Shown here: piece by piece, positions 41,090 through 53,900 of the stretch
How the letters are laid out: every line of letters starts with the position of its first letter
Numbering within the stretch: position 1 is the stretch's first letter
Assembly: GCF_001194135.2 (NCBI RefSeq)
Contig: NC_068984.1
Span: forward strand, 39,417,891 to 39,481,890
DNA from: Octopus bimaculoides
Taxonomy: Eukaryota
Reading direction: 5' to 3'
Length of the DNA: 64,000 nucleotides
Program-made: the position numbers and the translations under genes
The notes under the pieces: model-generated
Seen by the model: the letters and a program-made list of their open reading frames with translations, nothing else
The model's database searches: none
What the model was told of the DNA's origin: nothing

Positions 41090-41765
41090 CACGGGGAAAG
41101 TCTTAAATGGAATAGAACGCGCCAAAGCAATAAATATCCATAAACTACGACAAGCGAAAAACGTTCTAGATACATCCAATACTCTACAAAACACAACCCA
41201 AGAAACATAGAGGTTTACAATATTATCCACCAGACAGACCCAAGATTGAAAGAAGCATTCGAAATACACAAAATAATCAAAAATAATCAAATAATCAAAA
41301 ATAAAAGACAAAGTCCATCAAAAAATTCCTCATCAATGCTAAATTACTTTCCACAATTCCCACACTAACAGTCAAAAAGTGTGTCCGCCCTAACTGTGGG
41401 ACTTGTATCAACCCTATTGAAGACACAACATACAAATTCAAATCAGGACAGATTTTTACCATAAAAAATCATTTTACATGTTCTTCAAAGAATTTAATAT
41501 AGGCTATCAAATGTCAAGATTGTAATGAAGATTATATAGGTCAAGCAAAGCTTACTCTAAGAAATAATCTGACCATTCACCGACAACAAATACGAGAACC
41601 CAGTACTAGACAGATACTACTGAGTATACAGACATATGTGCAAAAAATAAGTCCCCCAAATTCCAGGTCTTCCCACTCTACTTATGTTAAGTGAATACTA
41701 CAGATGAAGCACAGATAAACAAAGTACTTTCATACAAAAGTACAAACTAAGACTTAACTAACTTT
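41090..41765 (+). mobile_element. Penelope-like GIY-YIG endonuclease fragment
   Basis: KKCVRPNCGTC, FTCSSKNLI*AIKCQDCNEDYIGQ, IHRQQIREP. Confidence 0.88.
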
Positions 41766-41853
41766 AACAGAGTACATACACAAATAACTATTCATACACA
41801 AAACTCATTCTGCCACTTAATATGAGCAACCTACACAGCTAACAACCTATATA

Positions 41854-41935
<82 letters not shown>

Positions 41936-43191
41936 TTTGTAAAAATTTCTTGATACAGTTTTATTAAGTATAAATATTTTTAAAATCATTTTTATCAGAA
42001 CGTTACTAACCTTTTTGGAAGTTTCTTTCCAGTGTGTGTGTGTATGTGTGTGTATTTATCTCAGTAATACTAAAACTCTAGGGATGTTTGTTTGTACCCG
42101 AAATAGCTCAGAAATAGTATATTTTATCTTATTATTTTTTTTTTGTTGCACACCTATTTTTACACAGTGCAGTACAAACTCTCGTGACATTTGGACTTCT
42201 ATTTATTAATGAAAACGAGTAAACACAATTTTTGTTTATTTCTTGACGAAAAGAAAAGCATTGCTTCCCTGACGTCAACACACATACAGAATACACACGC
42301 ATATAATGAATGTTATGGAGTGTCAATCAAGAAAAACACACGTCTGTTATCTGTGACATATACACACGCATAGTCTTCGCCCTCTCTAAGAAAAAAAAAA
42401 CGTTGACTTTTTGACGTACACAATATTTTAATCTTTTAGAAATATTTTTAACTGAACATGATTTCAAAAATGTAAGTTGTTTGTACAGTAAATATTTATA
42501 TTTTAGCTTTCTTTACAGAGACAATAAATTTAATGGGTTTTAAAAAATTATTTTCAAGTCGTTAATTTCCGTAAAAAATTTTATTTATTTACTTTTGTCT
42601 TAAAGTGAAAGAAAGGAGAAAGTGAAAGATGTATGTACGTGNNNNNNNNNNNNNNNNNNNNNNNNNNNNNNNNNNNNNNNNNNNNNNNNNNNNNNNNNNN
42701 NNNNNNNNNNNNNNNNNNNNNNNNNNNNNNNNNNNNNNNNNNNNNNNNNNNNNNNNNNNNNNNNNNNNNNNNNNNNNNNNNNNNNNNNNNNNNNNNNNNN
42801 NNNNNNNNNNNNNNNNNNNNNNNNNNNNNNNNNNNNNNNNNNNNNNNNNNNNNNNNNNNNNNNNNNNNNNNNNNNNNNNNNNNNNNNNNNNNNNNNNNNN
42901 NNNNNNNNNNNNNNNNNNNNNNNNNNNNNNNNNNNNNNNNNNNNNNNNNNNNNNNNNNNNNNNNNNNNNNNNNNNNNNNNNNNNNNNNNNNNNNGCATCT
43001 AGTGGTAATACAAACTAAATTTTTCGCAACCATGATCATTTTTAATCTCTGCTCAATCTCCCATTAGTGGTATGCGCATATTAGGCGAAAGAAGATTGTG
43101 TAGGTTTCTTTGTGAAAAACTACTTCCAGTAGTTATCTCGAGTATTTTGTTGAGTGCTGCGATTTTCGCAGCGTGTTGTTAAAGCCCTAAG

Positions 43192-43662
43192 ATGCCGCCC
43201 AAACGCCCTACACCTTCTAAGGCTTCTGGAAGTGAACTAAGCGCCAGAAAAAGGTTATGACACCCTATGAGAAGGTACAAATGCTGGATATATTCCGGGA
43301 AGATAAAAGTTATGTCGCTATTATCTTGTCAACGAAAGCAGCATATGCTACATAAAAAAGAACAAGGTGGCGATCAGGACTACCGTCGCAGTAAGTTTCT
43401 GTGAAAGTACCGAAAAGATAACAATAGTAAGAAATAAGCACTTCGTCAGGATGGAATCTGCTTTGGCATTGTGAATCAGTGACTGCAAAAAGATAGATAT
43501 CCCTTTGGGCGATAGCATTATCCGCGAGAAAGCGCGGAAATTATACCAGCAGTTCGACAGAGGAGACGGAGCAGAAGGTACCAAAGAACCGCAACCAGTC
43601 CCATTGACAGCACCGGTGCTCGAAGATTTTTAAGCCAGCAAGGGAAAGTTTGACGGTTTCCA
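43192..43662 (+). mobile_element. Tigger/TIGD1-like transposase N-terminal fragment
   Basis: MPPKRPTPSKASGSE, EKVQMLD, RMESALAL, SIIREKARKLY, FKASKGKFDGF. Confidence 0.85.
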
Positions 43663-44014
43663 GAATATTTTCATTATGTTTTAAATATGTTAAATTTCTT
43701 TGTAATCCTTCCCTGAAGATATTCTCACTTGCAATAATTAACTAAATTGATTTAGTTAAATAAAATTAAATTTGATTGATTTTATGCTGCAAGTGATGGA
43801 TTGAAACAGTTGTAGGTCTGATCTTGTCAATGTATTAATAAACTTTTATTAATCTTATCTCCATCTTCTCTCTTGCCATAGTAACGAAGCTAAAGCACGC
43901 AGAGTAAAGTTGCTTGGCAAAGATTGATCTTAAACTTTGCTGTGCATGTGCACAAGGTTTTAATGTTTTAGCTCACTTCCACTGTTTATAGCAGTGCTTG
44001 GAATGAAGGTGTGT

Positions 44015-44205
44015 AACGTGTGATTGTCGAATCACCATCCATGAGTTATCAGAGGATGTGCAGATTAGGTACGGTTCAGTTTTGTCCATTATCACTAAAG
44101 ATTTGGGTGTGGAGACGCTTGTGGGTCAAGTTTGGGCCAAAACTGCTTTCAGCTGACCAAAAGGACACTCTACTTTCAGTTGCACAAGATCTCATTGAAT
44201 GTATA
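44015..44205 (+). mobile_element. Mariner transposase fragment
   Basis: DCRITIHELSEDVQI...IITKDLG...KFGPKLLSADQK. Confidence 0.75.
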
Positions 44206-44864
44206 TATCTTTACTGAGCGTCTGTTAAAAATTTCCTGTATTTATGATTTATTGGAAAATGCTTATCTAAAAGAGACAGGAATTTCTTGCCTAAGTTAGT
44301 CTTAACATTAAGGTGGAAAGGAGGAGTGAATCAAATTATTTTCCTAGATCTATGTTTAGGTCTATTTTTGTGATTCATATTTATGAGGAAAAGAGAGAGG
44401 GGAGAAAGATAAACAAAACCTGAAAATATTCAGAACACTCGTGTATAAGCATAGAGATATTTATATATTTACAGAATAAATAAATTTACATGGAGTACAA
44501 AAAATGCAGAAAACGAAGTATGGTGTTTAAAGTCCGACAGTATTTTCTGGAGGCACGGAATTAAATAATACTTGTAATTCAACTTTACAATGAAAGTAAA
44601 CAAAGTTTGTTTTTAGAAGCGTTGAGGTGTATTGTAAGAAACAGAAATAAATTTATTTCTGTTTCTTACAATACTTGTAATATTATCCAAGTATATGTTA
44701 CCATTGGAAGATGCGTATAAACATTACCGTAGAACCAGCTTCCTTCGTCAAGTCCTCAATAAAGACTTTGGGGTGCAAGTTCAAATCATTTGAGCTCAAC
44801 TACATATGTTCTATATTGAGCATCTCCGGGTCTCACAGGTTGACTCTCTCTTTCTCCCTCTCTC

Positions 44865-44901
<37 letters not shown>

Positions 44902-45169
44902 NNNNNNNNNNNNNNNNNNNNNNNNNNNNNNNNNNNNNNNNNNNNNNNNNNNNNNNNNNNNNNNNNNNNNNNNNNNNNNNNNNNNNNNNNNNNNNNNNNN
45001 NNNNNNNNNNNNNNNNNNNNNNNNNNNNNNNNNNNNNNNNNNNNNNNNNNNNNNNNNNNNNNNNNNNNNNNNNNNNNNNNNNNNNNNNNNNNNNNNNNNN
45101 NNNNNNNNNNNNNNNNNNNNNNNNNNNNNNNNNNNNNNNNNNNNNNNNNNNNNNNNNNNNNNNNNNGAG

Positions 45170-45209
<40 letters not shown>

Positions 45210-45247
45210 TGATTGATTGATTGATTGATTGACTGATTGATTGATTT

Positions 45248-46880
45248 ATGTATTAGCCACGCAGGGTCGAACATAGAGGGGATAATACAACGTAGAACTT
45301 TTCTTTTCGAAAGAGAAAAGAAAATACGATCAAAAGGGATCGAAAGCATTTGGGACGTGTAAACAGCGAAATAACAACGTTCCGTTTATAATAGAGTTCC
45401 CAAAAGGGGGAGTAAAACTGTAATACAGATTAGGTTTATCCGTGGAAAGAAAAGCCTACGAAAAAGACCACAGTAACCTCAGGCAGGGAAAGAAGCACAT
45501 GAGAGCAAAGTGCTCCCTCTCTCTTTTAGATTTACAGGATTATGCTCAAAGTGGTTTCGTCATTCACGTGTACCATCTTTGCTACATTCACCCACCTTTT
45601 ATTGAAACTTTTATGAGACAAAGCTTCCCTCTCTATTCTCAACTTCTTCTTCAAGTGATACTTGAAGAAGTTGATGAGAGGTTGGCCAGAGAGGAAACTG
45701 TCTGTCTCTAAACCTTTCGCACGTGTCCACCTCGCACATTCTTTCACCATGGCCACCAGTACAATGAAAACTGCCTTGCCTTCTCGGTTAAAGGAATGTG
45801 GCGGGGCAATATTCACGATAGACTCGGCCGATAACCGAATTCGCCCTACACGTGACAACAGCTGTTTGACATAAGCCCACAGGTCTGAAATGGTTGAACA
45901 CTGCACGAGTGCGTGCAGAACGGTTTCGTCGCTCTGACCACACCTCGGGCAGGTCGGTCCGGTGTTTCTTGAACCGTGTCTGTAGAGCTTATCTCGAACG
46001 GGCAATGCTTCCCGATAGCACTGCCAGGGATCTCTGGTGATTGTCCATAGGTCCCGGCCCGAAAGTGGTCCTGAAGAGGTGGGTCAGGTGTTCCTCGTCG
46101 ACGCCCAGATTCTCTCCAAGAACGTCGTCATCCCCCACCCCCACTAATCTTCTATAGAACGTTTTTGTGGAAGTAGAGTTACACAAGTTTGGTCCCAGAC
46201 GGCAGAGTTGCTCGAGAGCATATCGACAATCGCGGTGCCATTCGCTTAGTCTCTGATTTTGTTTGATCCATGACTGCAGTTCGGCCAAAGAGACGAGTTA
46301 CGGGAAAGCGCTTCTCACAAATGGCGACCACACCTGTTCACCGTCGTCTATGAAGCGCTGGAGATGTCGCAGTCTCAGCACATGTCTGCGCATCATCAAC
46401 CAAGGCATACCCAACTCTCCATTTAGCTGGTGTTAACAGCAAATAGATCGCCTAACCATCAGAACGCTTCCCTTCAACAAAAAACCGGAAGAGTATGCGT
46501 TCCAGCTTGGTGAAGGTAGGGTCGGGACAAGGCACGACGGTCAGATGGTAATAGATGACGGAAACGATGTGCGCGTTCGCCACCTCAGCCCGACCTTTTA
46601 GGGATAGCTTCCTCTCGGCCCATTGCTGGGTGGGAGTGGCCACCCTACTCATTATCTTATCCCAAATCTTCTCCATTTGGAGGTCTGGTCCGAACCAGAC
46701 CCCGAGCAATTTGAGCGGTCCGTCGGTCCAGTGTCCCATGATGGAGATACTGTTGGACGGCATGGGCTTGTTTCTCCAGGTGCCGAGCCTCAAACCCATT
46801 GACTTTTCCGGGTTAATTTTCGCTCCCGTTACCGCTTCGTATTCTTTAAGTGTCTCGCCGACCAGGACAATGTGCCTAGG
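45248..46880 (-). mobile_element. 5'-truncated Tx1/L1-clade LINE (RT C-terminus, CCHC, 3' UTR)
   Basis: YEAVTGAKINPEKS, LLGVWFG, KLSLKGRA, CPRCGQSDETVLHALVQC; long open frames; tail (TCAA)n(TCTA)n 45167-45247. Confidence 0.92.
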
Positions 46881-46884
46881 CATT

Positions 46885-47280
46885 GGCGTGGCTGTGTGGT
46901 AAGAAGTTTGCTTCCCAACCACATACTTCTGAGTTCAGTCCCACTGCATGACGCCTTCGGTACGTGTCTCTTATTATGGACTCAGATTGACAAAAGCCTT
47001 CTGAGATGTGGGCGTTGGAAACTGAAAGACTCCTATTGTATATATACATATATGTCTATATATGTGTGTTTTTGAGTCTGTATTTATCCTCCATTGCCGC
47101 TTAACAACTGGTGTTAGCGTATTTATGTCTTCATAACTTCGTCTTCACAACTTTGCAAGGGACTGATAGAATAAGTACCAGGATTTAAAAAATAAGTACT
47201 AGGATCGATTCTTTCGACTAAAAGTTTTCAAGGCCGAGCTCCAAAATGGCCGCAGTTTTGTGTCTGAATCAAGTTAAAGA
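46885..47280 (+). mobile_element. tRNA-derived SINE (long family), diverged
   Basis: Head ggcgtggctgtgtggtaagaagtttgcttcccaacc...gagttcagtccc and conserved 3' block. Confidence 0.85.
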
Positions 47281-47644
47281 TTAAATATACTTACACACTT
47301 ATATATAAGTTGTAATAATANNNNNNNNNNNNNNNNNNNNNNNNNNNNNNNNNNNNNNNNNNNNNNNNNNNNNNNNNNNNNNNNNNNNNNNNNNNNNNNN
47401 NNNNNNNNNNNNNNNNNNNNNNNNNNNNNNNNNNNNNNNNNNNNNNNNNNNNNNNNNNNNNNNNNNNNNNNNNNNNNNNNNNNNNNNNNNNNNNNNNNNN
47501 NNNNNNNNNNNNNNNNNNNNNNNNNNNNNNNNNNNNNNNNNNNNNNNNNNNNNNNNNNNNNNNNNNNNNNNNNNNNNNNNNNNNNNNNNNNNNNNNNNNN
47601 NNNNNNNNNNNNNNNNNNNNNNNNNNNNNNNNNNNNNNNNNNNN

Positions 47645-47705
<61 letters not shown>

Positions 47706-48359
47706 TGCACATGGAGACTCAACACTCAACCAACAGCATACGGCAATCTCCATCTTCGTCGCCTTCATCTTCTTAACGTCGTCAACAACTTCTTGCTACG
47801 TACACAGCAACCAGCAACGCTCGTACAGGTTCTATCTCCACACTGTTTATGAATTAACTTCACCATGGTTAACAGCAAATGCAACCTGCGACAACTTTCT
47901 GTAACAAGAGACTGGCTCTGCATCGTAATCACAACTTCTTATACGACAGTACCTCAACCGGCTCTGCATTGCACCCACAACTTCTTGATACAGCATTTCA
48001 ACTATCGTGTACCTTGACTACGAACTGGTATTTATCATCCTTGTGGCTGAACATTATTCTAACGTCATATTATAGACTCTTTCTATGCTTTTTAATTATC
48101 GCACATGCATACATCCATGTTTGCACATACATACACATTATGTATACATGACGGCCTATCTATTATTATGTTTACATGACGCACACACAGACACACATGT
48201 TAACCTATCAATAAAATCTTCTCTTAAACCTTCTACCCCGGTTGTGTCTCTCTTTTTCTCTTCTTCTGGCACTTATACTCATTTATCCTTTTTCTTATTT
48301 TATTTGTATCGACAGTGCGATATACTAAAGGAGCCATTCTCGTCACTTCTCCTTTCGCA

Positions 48360-48557
48360 CGGTCGTTTACACTTTCATTTTGGTGGACAAACAAATGAAC
48401 AAACACACAAATGGACGGAATCTCTCTTATATATATATATATAAATTATATATACAAGATAAGAAGAAAAAGCATAATAGTTTCCCTTGAACCATTTACT
48501 TTCATTTTGGAGGACAAACAAATGAACAAACAAACAAATGGACAGAATCACTCTTAT

Positions 48558-48615
<58 letters not shown>
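48360..48615 (-). mobile_element. Two tandem Helitron-like 5' heads
   Basis: Duplicated block actttcattttggNggacaaacaaatgaacaaac...aaatggacNgaatcNctcttatata at about 48368-48435 and 48498-48560; on the minus strand reads ...tatataagag(a/t)gattc. Confidence 0.45.
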
Positions 48616-48616
<1 letters not shown>

Positions 48617-48750
48617 CGACAGGCTTTTTTCAGTTTCCGTCTACCAAATCCACTCAGAAAGCTTTGGTCAGCCCGAGGCTATAGTAGAAGACACTTGTCC
48701 AAGGTGCCTCGCAGTGGCACTGGACCCAAAACCATGTGGTTGGAAAGCAA
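48617..48750 (-). mobile_element. SINE head fragment (long family)
   Basis: Matches 25787-25905 and 18510-18650. Confidence 0.8.
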
Positions 48751-48759
48751 ACTTCATCA

Positions 48760-49330
48760 TCATTATCATTTAACATCCGTTTTCCATGCTGGCATCGGTT
48801 AAACTGTTTGACTGAAAACTGTTAAGCTGGGGAGCTGCATCAGGTTTCAATCTGATTTGGCATGATTTCTACAGCTGGATGCCCTTTCTAATGCCAATCA
48901 CTCCAGGAGTGTAGAGGGTGTTTTTTACATGCAACCAGCATGGGTGCCAGTTATGTAACACTGGCATTGGCCACGACTATGATTTGACATGGCTTGACAG
49001 ATTTTCTCAAGCATAGCATATCGCTAAAGGTCTCAGTCATTTGTCATTGCCTCTGTGAGGCCTTACGTTCAAAGATCATGTTTCACCACCACATCCTATA
49101 TCTTTCTCGGTCAATCTCTTCCTCAGGTCTTCACTGTTAGAGATTGGCACTTCTTCACACAGCTGCCCTTGTCATGTGATGTATATGGACAGGGACAGTC
49201 TATCTTAAATTTCTCTGTTATTGCCTGGAGGACTATGATGAACAAGAGGGAAAAAAGGATTGATTCTCAGTGAACTAGTTGTAGCTTGAATTCATCACTA
49301 TATTCATTGTTAACCTTCACCTTACTGATT
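48760..49330 (-). mobile_element. RTE LINE 3' end with (GAT)n-type tail; a second tail copy at 49620-49880
   Basis: 3' UTR block ggcattagaaagggcatccagctgtagaaa, ending aaaacggatgttaaatgataatgatg. Confidence 0.75.
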
Positions 49331-49379
49331 GTGTCCCTGTACATGGCTTGTACAGCTCTCACCAACCACTCATCTATTC

Positions 49380-49620
49380 CTATCTCCCTATCTTCCACAT
49401 TAACCACCATGTGTGTGTATATGTTGAACTATTAATCTCTACATATTTTTTCTCTCACATTTTTTTTCATTCTCTCTCTGTTATTTTCCTTTTAATTCTT
49501 TCTGTCGATGAGTGTAGGCTCAAAATGTAAAAGACATTTCCATTCTTCTCGAGCATTAAACTAATTCACCTGCTTGTTGTTCCTACACATGTTTTCATCT
49601 TTTGTTTTCTGTAAATTTGA
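49380..49620 (+). mobile_element. Penelope-like tail with decayed hammerhead motif
   Basis: ttctgtcgatgagtgtaggctcaaaatgtaaaaga (49500-49534), homologous to 51841-51878. Confidence 0.6.
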
Positions 49621-51699
49621 AATATATCATCATCATCATTGTCATCATCATGATGATCATCGTTTAACATCTGTTTTTCCATGCTTGCATGGATTGGACA
49701 GTTTGACTGAGGTCTGGAAAGCCAGCAGCTGCGTGGCAATGTTTCTACAGATGAATGCCCTTCCTAATGCCAACCACTCCGAGAGTGTAGTGAGTACTTT
49801 TTACATGCCACCAGCACAGGAGTCAGTCGGGGAGCACTAGCATCGACCATGTTTGGATAGTGCTTTTTGCATGCCACTATACATAGCCAGTCAGGGCTAT
49901 TATAAATATCAGTGCTATAGAAGGTAAATTTCCAAATTTGGTTGATAGGGATATACAATCCTAGCGGGTACGTATTCGCTTTTACCAGACAATAATGCTG
50001 GTTAACCTCAGTCAGTATAGAAAATCTTCAGTTAGTTTATTTTACTATCCTCAGAAGATCTTCCCATCAGTAAAGCAATATGCCTCTAAAGAGACTGCAT
50101 GTTGTCCGTAGAGAAGAAATAATAAATTAATAATTAAGAAAAACAGATATTTATATATTCAGTTTGATTCTGCAGTTAATCAAATCAACCTCTGTTCTCC
50201 TTAATTTTTAATCTAATATATATATTCAGAAATATTCTTTTTTTTAATTCTCAAACGCGTGATAATGCCAATAAATAGCGTGATCGGGATAAATTATTCA
50301 TACATTGCAGAAAAATACGTTGCCGGACCCAAAAATATTTCTCAATCTTTCAATACATCTCAACGCTTCTAAACAAACTTTGTTTACTTCCATCGTAAGT
50401 TGAAGTTAACGTTAGCGTCATATATATATATATATATATATATANNNNNNNNNNNNNNNNNNNNNNNNNNNNNNNNNNNNNNNNNNNNNNNNNNNNNNNN
50501 NNNNNNNNNNNNNNNNNNNNNNNNNNNNNNNNNNNNNNNNNNNNNNNNNNNNNNNNNNNNNNNNNNNNNNNNNNNNNNNNNNNNNNNNNNNNNNNNNNNN
50601 NNNNNNNNNNNNNNNNNNNNNNNNNNNNNNNNNNNNNNNNNNNNNNNNNNNNNNNNNNNNNNNNNNNNNNNNNNNNNNNNNNNNNNNNNNNNNNNNNNNN
50701 NNNNNNNNNNNNNNNNNNNNNNNNNNNNNNNNNNNNNNNNNNNNNNNNNNNNNNNNNNNNNNNNNNNNNNNNNNNNNNNNNNNNNNNNNNNNNNNNNNNN
50801 NNNNNNNNNNNNNNNNNNNNNNNNNNNNNNNNNNNNNNNNNNNNNNNNNNNNNNNNNNNNNNNNNNNNNNNNNNNNNNNNNNNNNNNNNNNNNNNNNNNN
50901 NNNNNNNNNNNNNNNNNNNNNNNNNNNNNNNNNNNNNNNNNNNNNNNNNNNNNNNNNNNNNNNNNNNNNNNNNNNNNNNNNNNNNNNNNNNNNNNNNNNN
51001 NNNNNNNNNNNNNNNNNNNNNNNNNNNNNNNNNNNNNNNNNNNNNNNNNNNNNNNNNNNNNNNNNNNNNNNNNNNNNNNNNNNNNNNNNNNNNNNNNNNN
51101 NNNNNNNNNNNNNNNNNNNNNNNNNNNNNNNNNNNNNNNNNNNNNNNNNNNNNNNNNNNNNNTATATATATATATATATATAGTGTGTGTGTGTGTGTGT
51201 GTGTGTGTTTCTAAGTATGTAAGATGTTTATGGATGTTTGATACTGCTTGTAAGAAAAGTGATGTTCCAGTCATCTAAATTATTCGCCTTTATGAACTAT
51301 AAACTAGTGAAATTAAATTATTCTCTGGTGGAAGTTCCTCAGGAAATCATGAAATGGCACATACTCAAGATTCGTTGATATGTTTTGCTTTTTTAAATGT
51401 TTAATCCGTGCATAAAACAGTTTTTTTTACATGATGTAATAACTCTCTTCACCAATTTTAAAAAATCGTTTCTGAAACAGCTGTAGTGAGTGAACTACTA
51501 TCCATCTGGTATGGTTAATTGCTGAGGTTATTGAGTGCATTGATACATAGATATATATGCATATCCCTGTTTGTTGTGACATGGATGAGTGTAGTTTTGT
51601 TATTAGTGATATACATGTATTAGCATAGTAATGCAGTGGTTTTAATTATGTAAGTACAGTTTAGCATTATTTACATATATATCTAAATTATTGTGGTGG

Positions 51700-51900
51700 A
51701 TATAATTATTATTCATATGTATGTGAGGGTGTAGTTTATTGTCTGTATTCATGTGTGTATTCATGTATGTATGTTTTTAGATGTAGATCGCTAGCCACTA
51801 CACATTCTTTATTTTCTCTCCTTGTTTCTTTCTGTGTTCCTTTCTGTGGAAGAGCGTAGGCTCGAAACGTTAAAAACTTTTTCACTTCCTGAGCGTTATA
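51700..51900 (+). mobile_element. Penelope-like tail with hammerhead-like motif
   Basis: ttt-CTGTGGA-A-GAGC(GTAG)GCTC-GAAAC-GTT-aaa at 51841-51874, then ttcctgagcgt as in the 33.7 kb copy. Confidence 0.65.
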
Positions 51901-51902
51901 CT

Positions 51903-52722
51903 TGTGGTGTATGCGTGCGAGTAGAAGTAATCGGCTTTCCTTCCTTTGCACGAGTTTGGCCTGCGGTTACCGATCCTCGCGGCTCGCCCGACCCGAAGAA
52001 CACTAGAAATAGCAGCTGCTTCTCCCAACACCTAGACGATCGCTTGGCACGTCCTCTCCTCACAACAACCCCGTTCGAAAAAGGACACGAAATCCCGATC
52101 GNNNNNNNNNNNNNNNNNNNNNNNNNNNNNNNNNNNNNNNNNNNNNNNNNNNNNNNGACGCGGCATTCCATCCACGGATACATTGTTTCTGGAATTGACC
52201 GCCGTCACTTCTCCCCTGACCCATTGTGATGTGCAGCGTGCCTTTGGCGGCTTGACCCAAACTTCCTCCCCTACTTTCACGCCGGCGGGTCCCTTCTCTT
52301 CCTCGCAGTATTCCGGCGTCTTACTGGGATGCCTCCATTCATACTTGAACACTGCTCTGTGCAGCACAGATTCTTCCGCTTGTCCGGATCGGGGAGACAT
52401 GTTATACCAGAAGACCGCTTCCAGCGGCGAAATGTGCCCCCTTTCTGCCATGGCCTTGATCGTCCGATGCCACTCAGCCTATACGCCGCTCTGAACAATC
52501 GTCGCACCTTCCACCGGTCAAGCATCTCTCCCAACGCTTCCGAACGAAACGCCGCCCCGTTGTCCATTAGCAGTTTTTCCACGGGACCCCTCTCCAAGAA
52601 TATCCCGTTCAAATTGCGGGCAATTTCATCAGCAATGCCTGTCTTCAACTCCCTCCAAATGGCCAGCCGGCCCGGCCCGCAGTCGACCATGGTGTGATAT
52701 ATTCCCTGACGGTAGTGCGTCA
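51903..52722 (-). mobile_element. Gypsy retrotransposon: integrase core/C-terminus and candidate 3' LTR
   Basis: VDCGPGR, LLMDNGAAFRS, FRAAYRLSG, VKVGEEVWVKPP; candidate LTR 51903-52067 with ends TGTTGTG...CACCACA. The remainder is probably in gap 52723-53366. Confidence 0.88.
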
Positions 52723-53369
52723 NNNNNNNNNNNNNNNNNNNNNNNNNNNNNNNNNNNNNNNNNNNNNNNNNNNNNNNNNNNNNNNNNNNNNNNNNNNNNN
52801 NNNNNNNNNNNNNNNNNNNNNNNNNNNNNNNNNNNNNNNNNNNNNNNNNNNNNNNNNNNNNNNNNNNNNNNNNNNNNNNNNNNNNNNNNNNNNNNNNNNN
52901 NNNNNNNNNNNNNNNNNNNNNNNNNNNNNNNNNNNNNNNNNNNNNNNNNNNNNNNNNNNNNNNNNNNNNNNNNNNNNNNNNNNNNNNNNNNNNNNNNNNN
53001 NNNNNNNNNNNNNNNNNNNNNNNNNNNNNNNNNNNNNNNNNNNNNNNNNNNNNNNNNNNNNNNNNNNNNNNNNNNNNNNNNNNNNNNNNNNNNNNNNNNN
53101 NNNNNNNNNNNNNNNNNNNNNNNNNNNNNNNNNNNNNNNNNNNNNNNNNNNNNNNNNNNNNNNNNNNNNNNNNNNNNNNNNNNNNNNNNNNNNNNNNNNN
53201 NNNNNNNNNNNNNNNNNNNNNNNNNNNNNNNNNNNNNNNNNNNNNNNNNNNNNNNNNNNNNNNNNNNNNNNNNNNNNNNNNNNNNNNNNNNNNNNNNNNN
53301 NNNNNNNNNNNNNNNNNNNNNNNNNNNNNNNNNNNNNNNNNNNNNNNNNNNNNNNNNNNNNNNNNNTGG

Positions 53370-53900
53370 AACAAAGAATGCCAAGATTTTGGTGGGCTTC
53401 TTTTGTTGGGAGGAAAAGTAGTACCCATAGCTTTTTTTTTTTTTCAGGTCGTTTTGGTGAAGCGTTGTGATGTATAACTTTAAAGAAGGTTGTTGTGTAA
53501 GGCTGGAACAATGTGAGAAGGTACAAAGTAAGCTATAAAAGAAAAAGAAAATAAAACAAAGTTTACTTTGTCTTTCTATATTTCAGGGTGAAGGCACCCT
53601 CTTCAGGATATTTGGAAAAAGCAGTATTTGGGAAAAGTCGTTGCTCAGATGTATGGAGGGGAAGGAAGTAGGAGAAGTAGAGGAGAAAGGTGACATGCAC
53701 AAACTGGTGTTGCTATAGCAACCAGTCTGCTTCAAGTAGTTTCTTCCTGTTGTTCATGGCTGGTCTCAATTTGTTTATAAGGAGGCTTTTCATAATTCTG
53801 AGATTGACCTTCCAATGCAACAGGGGCAACTGAGGGAAGTGGCTTCATGCCAGGTGAGAGTTTAGAGTATTATAGAGGGATAAAGTTAGGTGTTTTACTA
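53370..53900 (-). mobile_element. Penelope-like 3' end with hammerhead-like motif
   Basis: NLRIMKSLLINKLRPAMN; CTGAAGAGGGTG(CCTT)CACCCTGAAATATA at 53574-53609. Confidence 0.6.
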
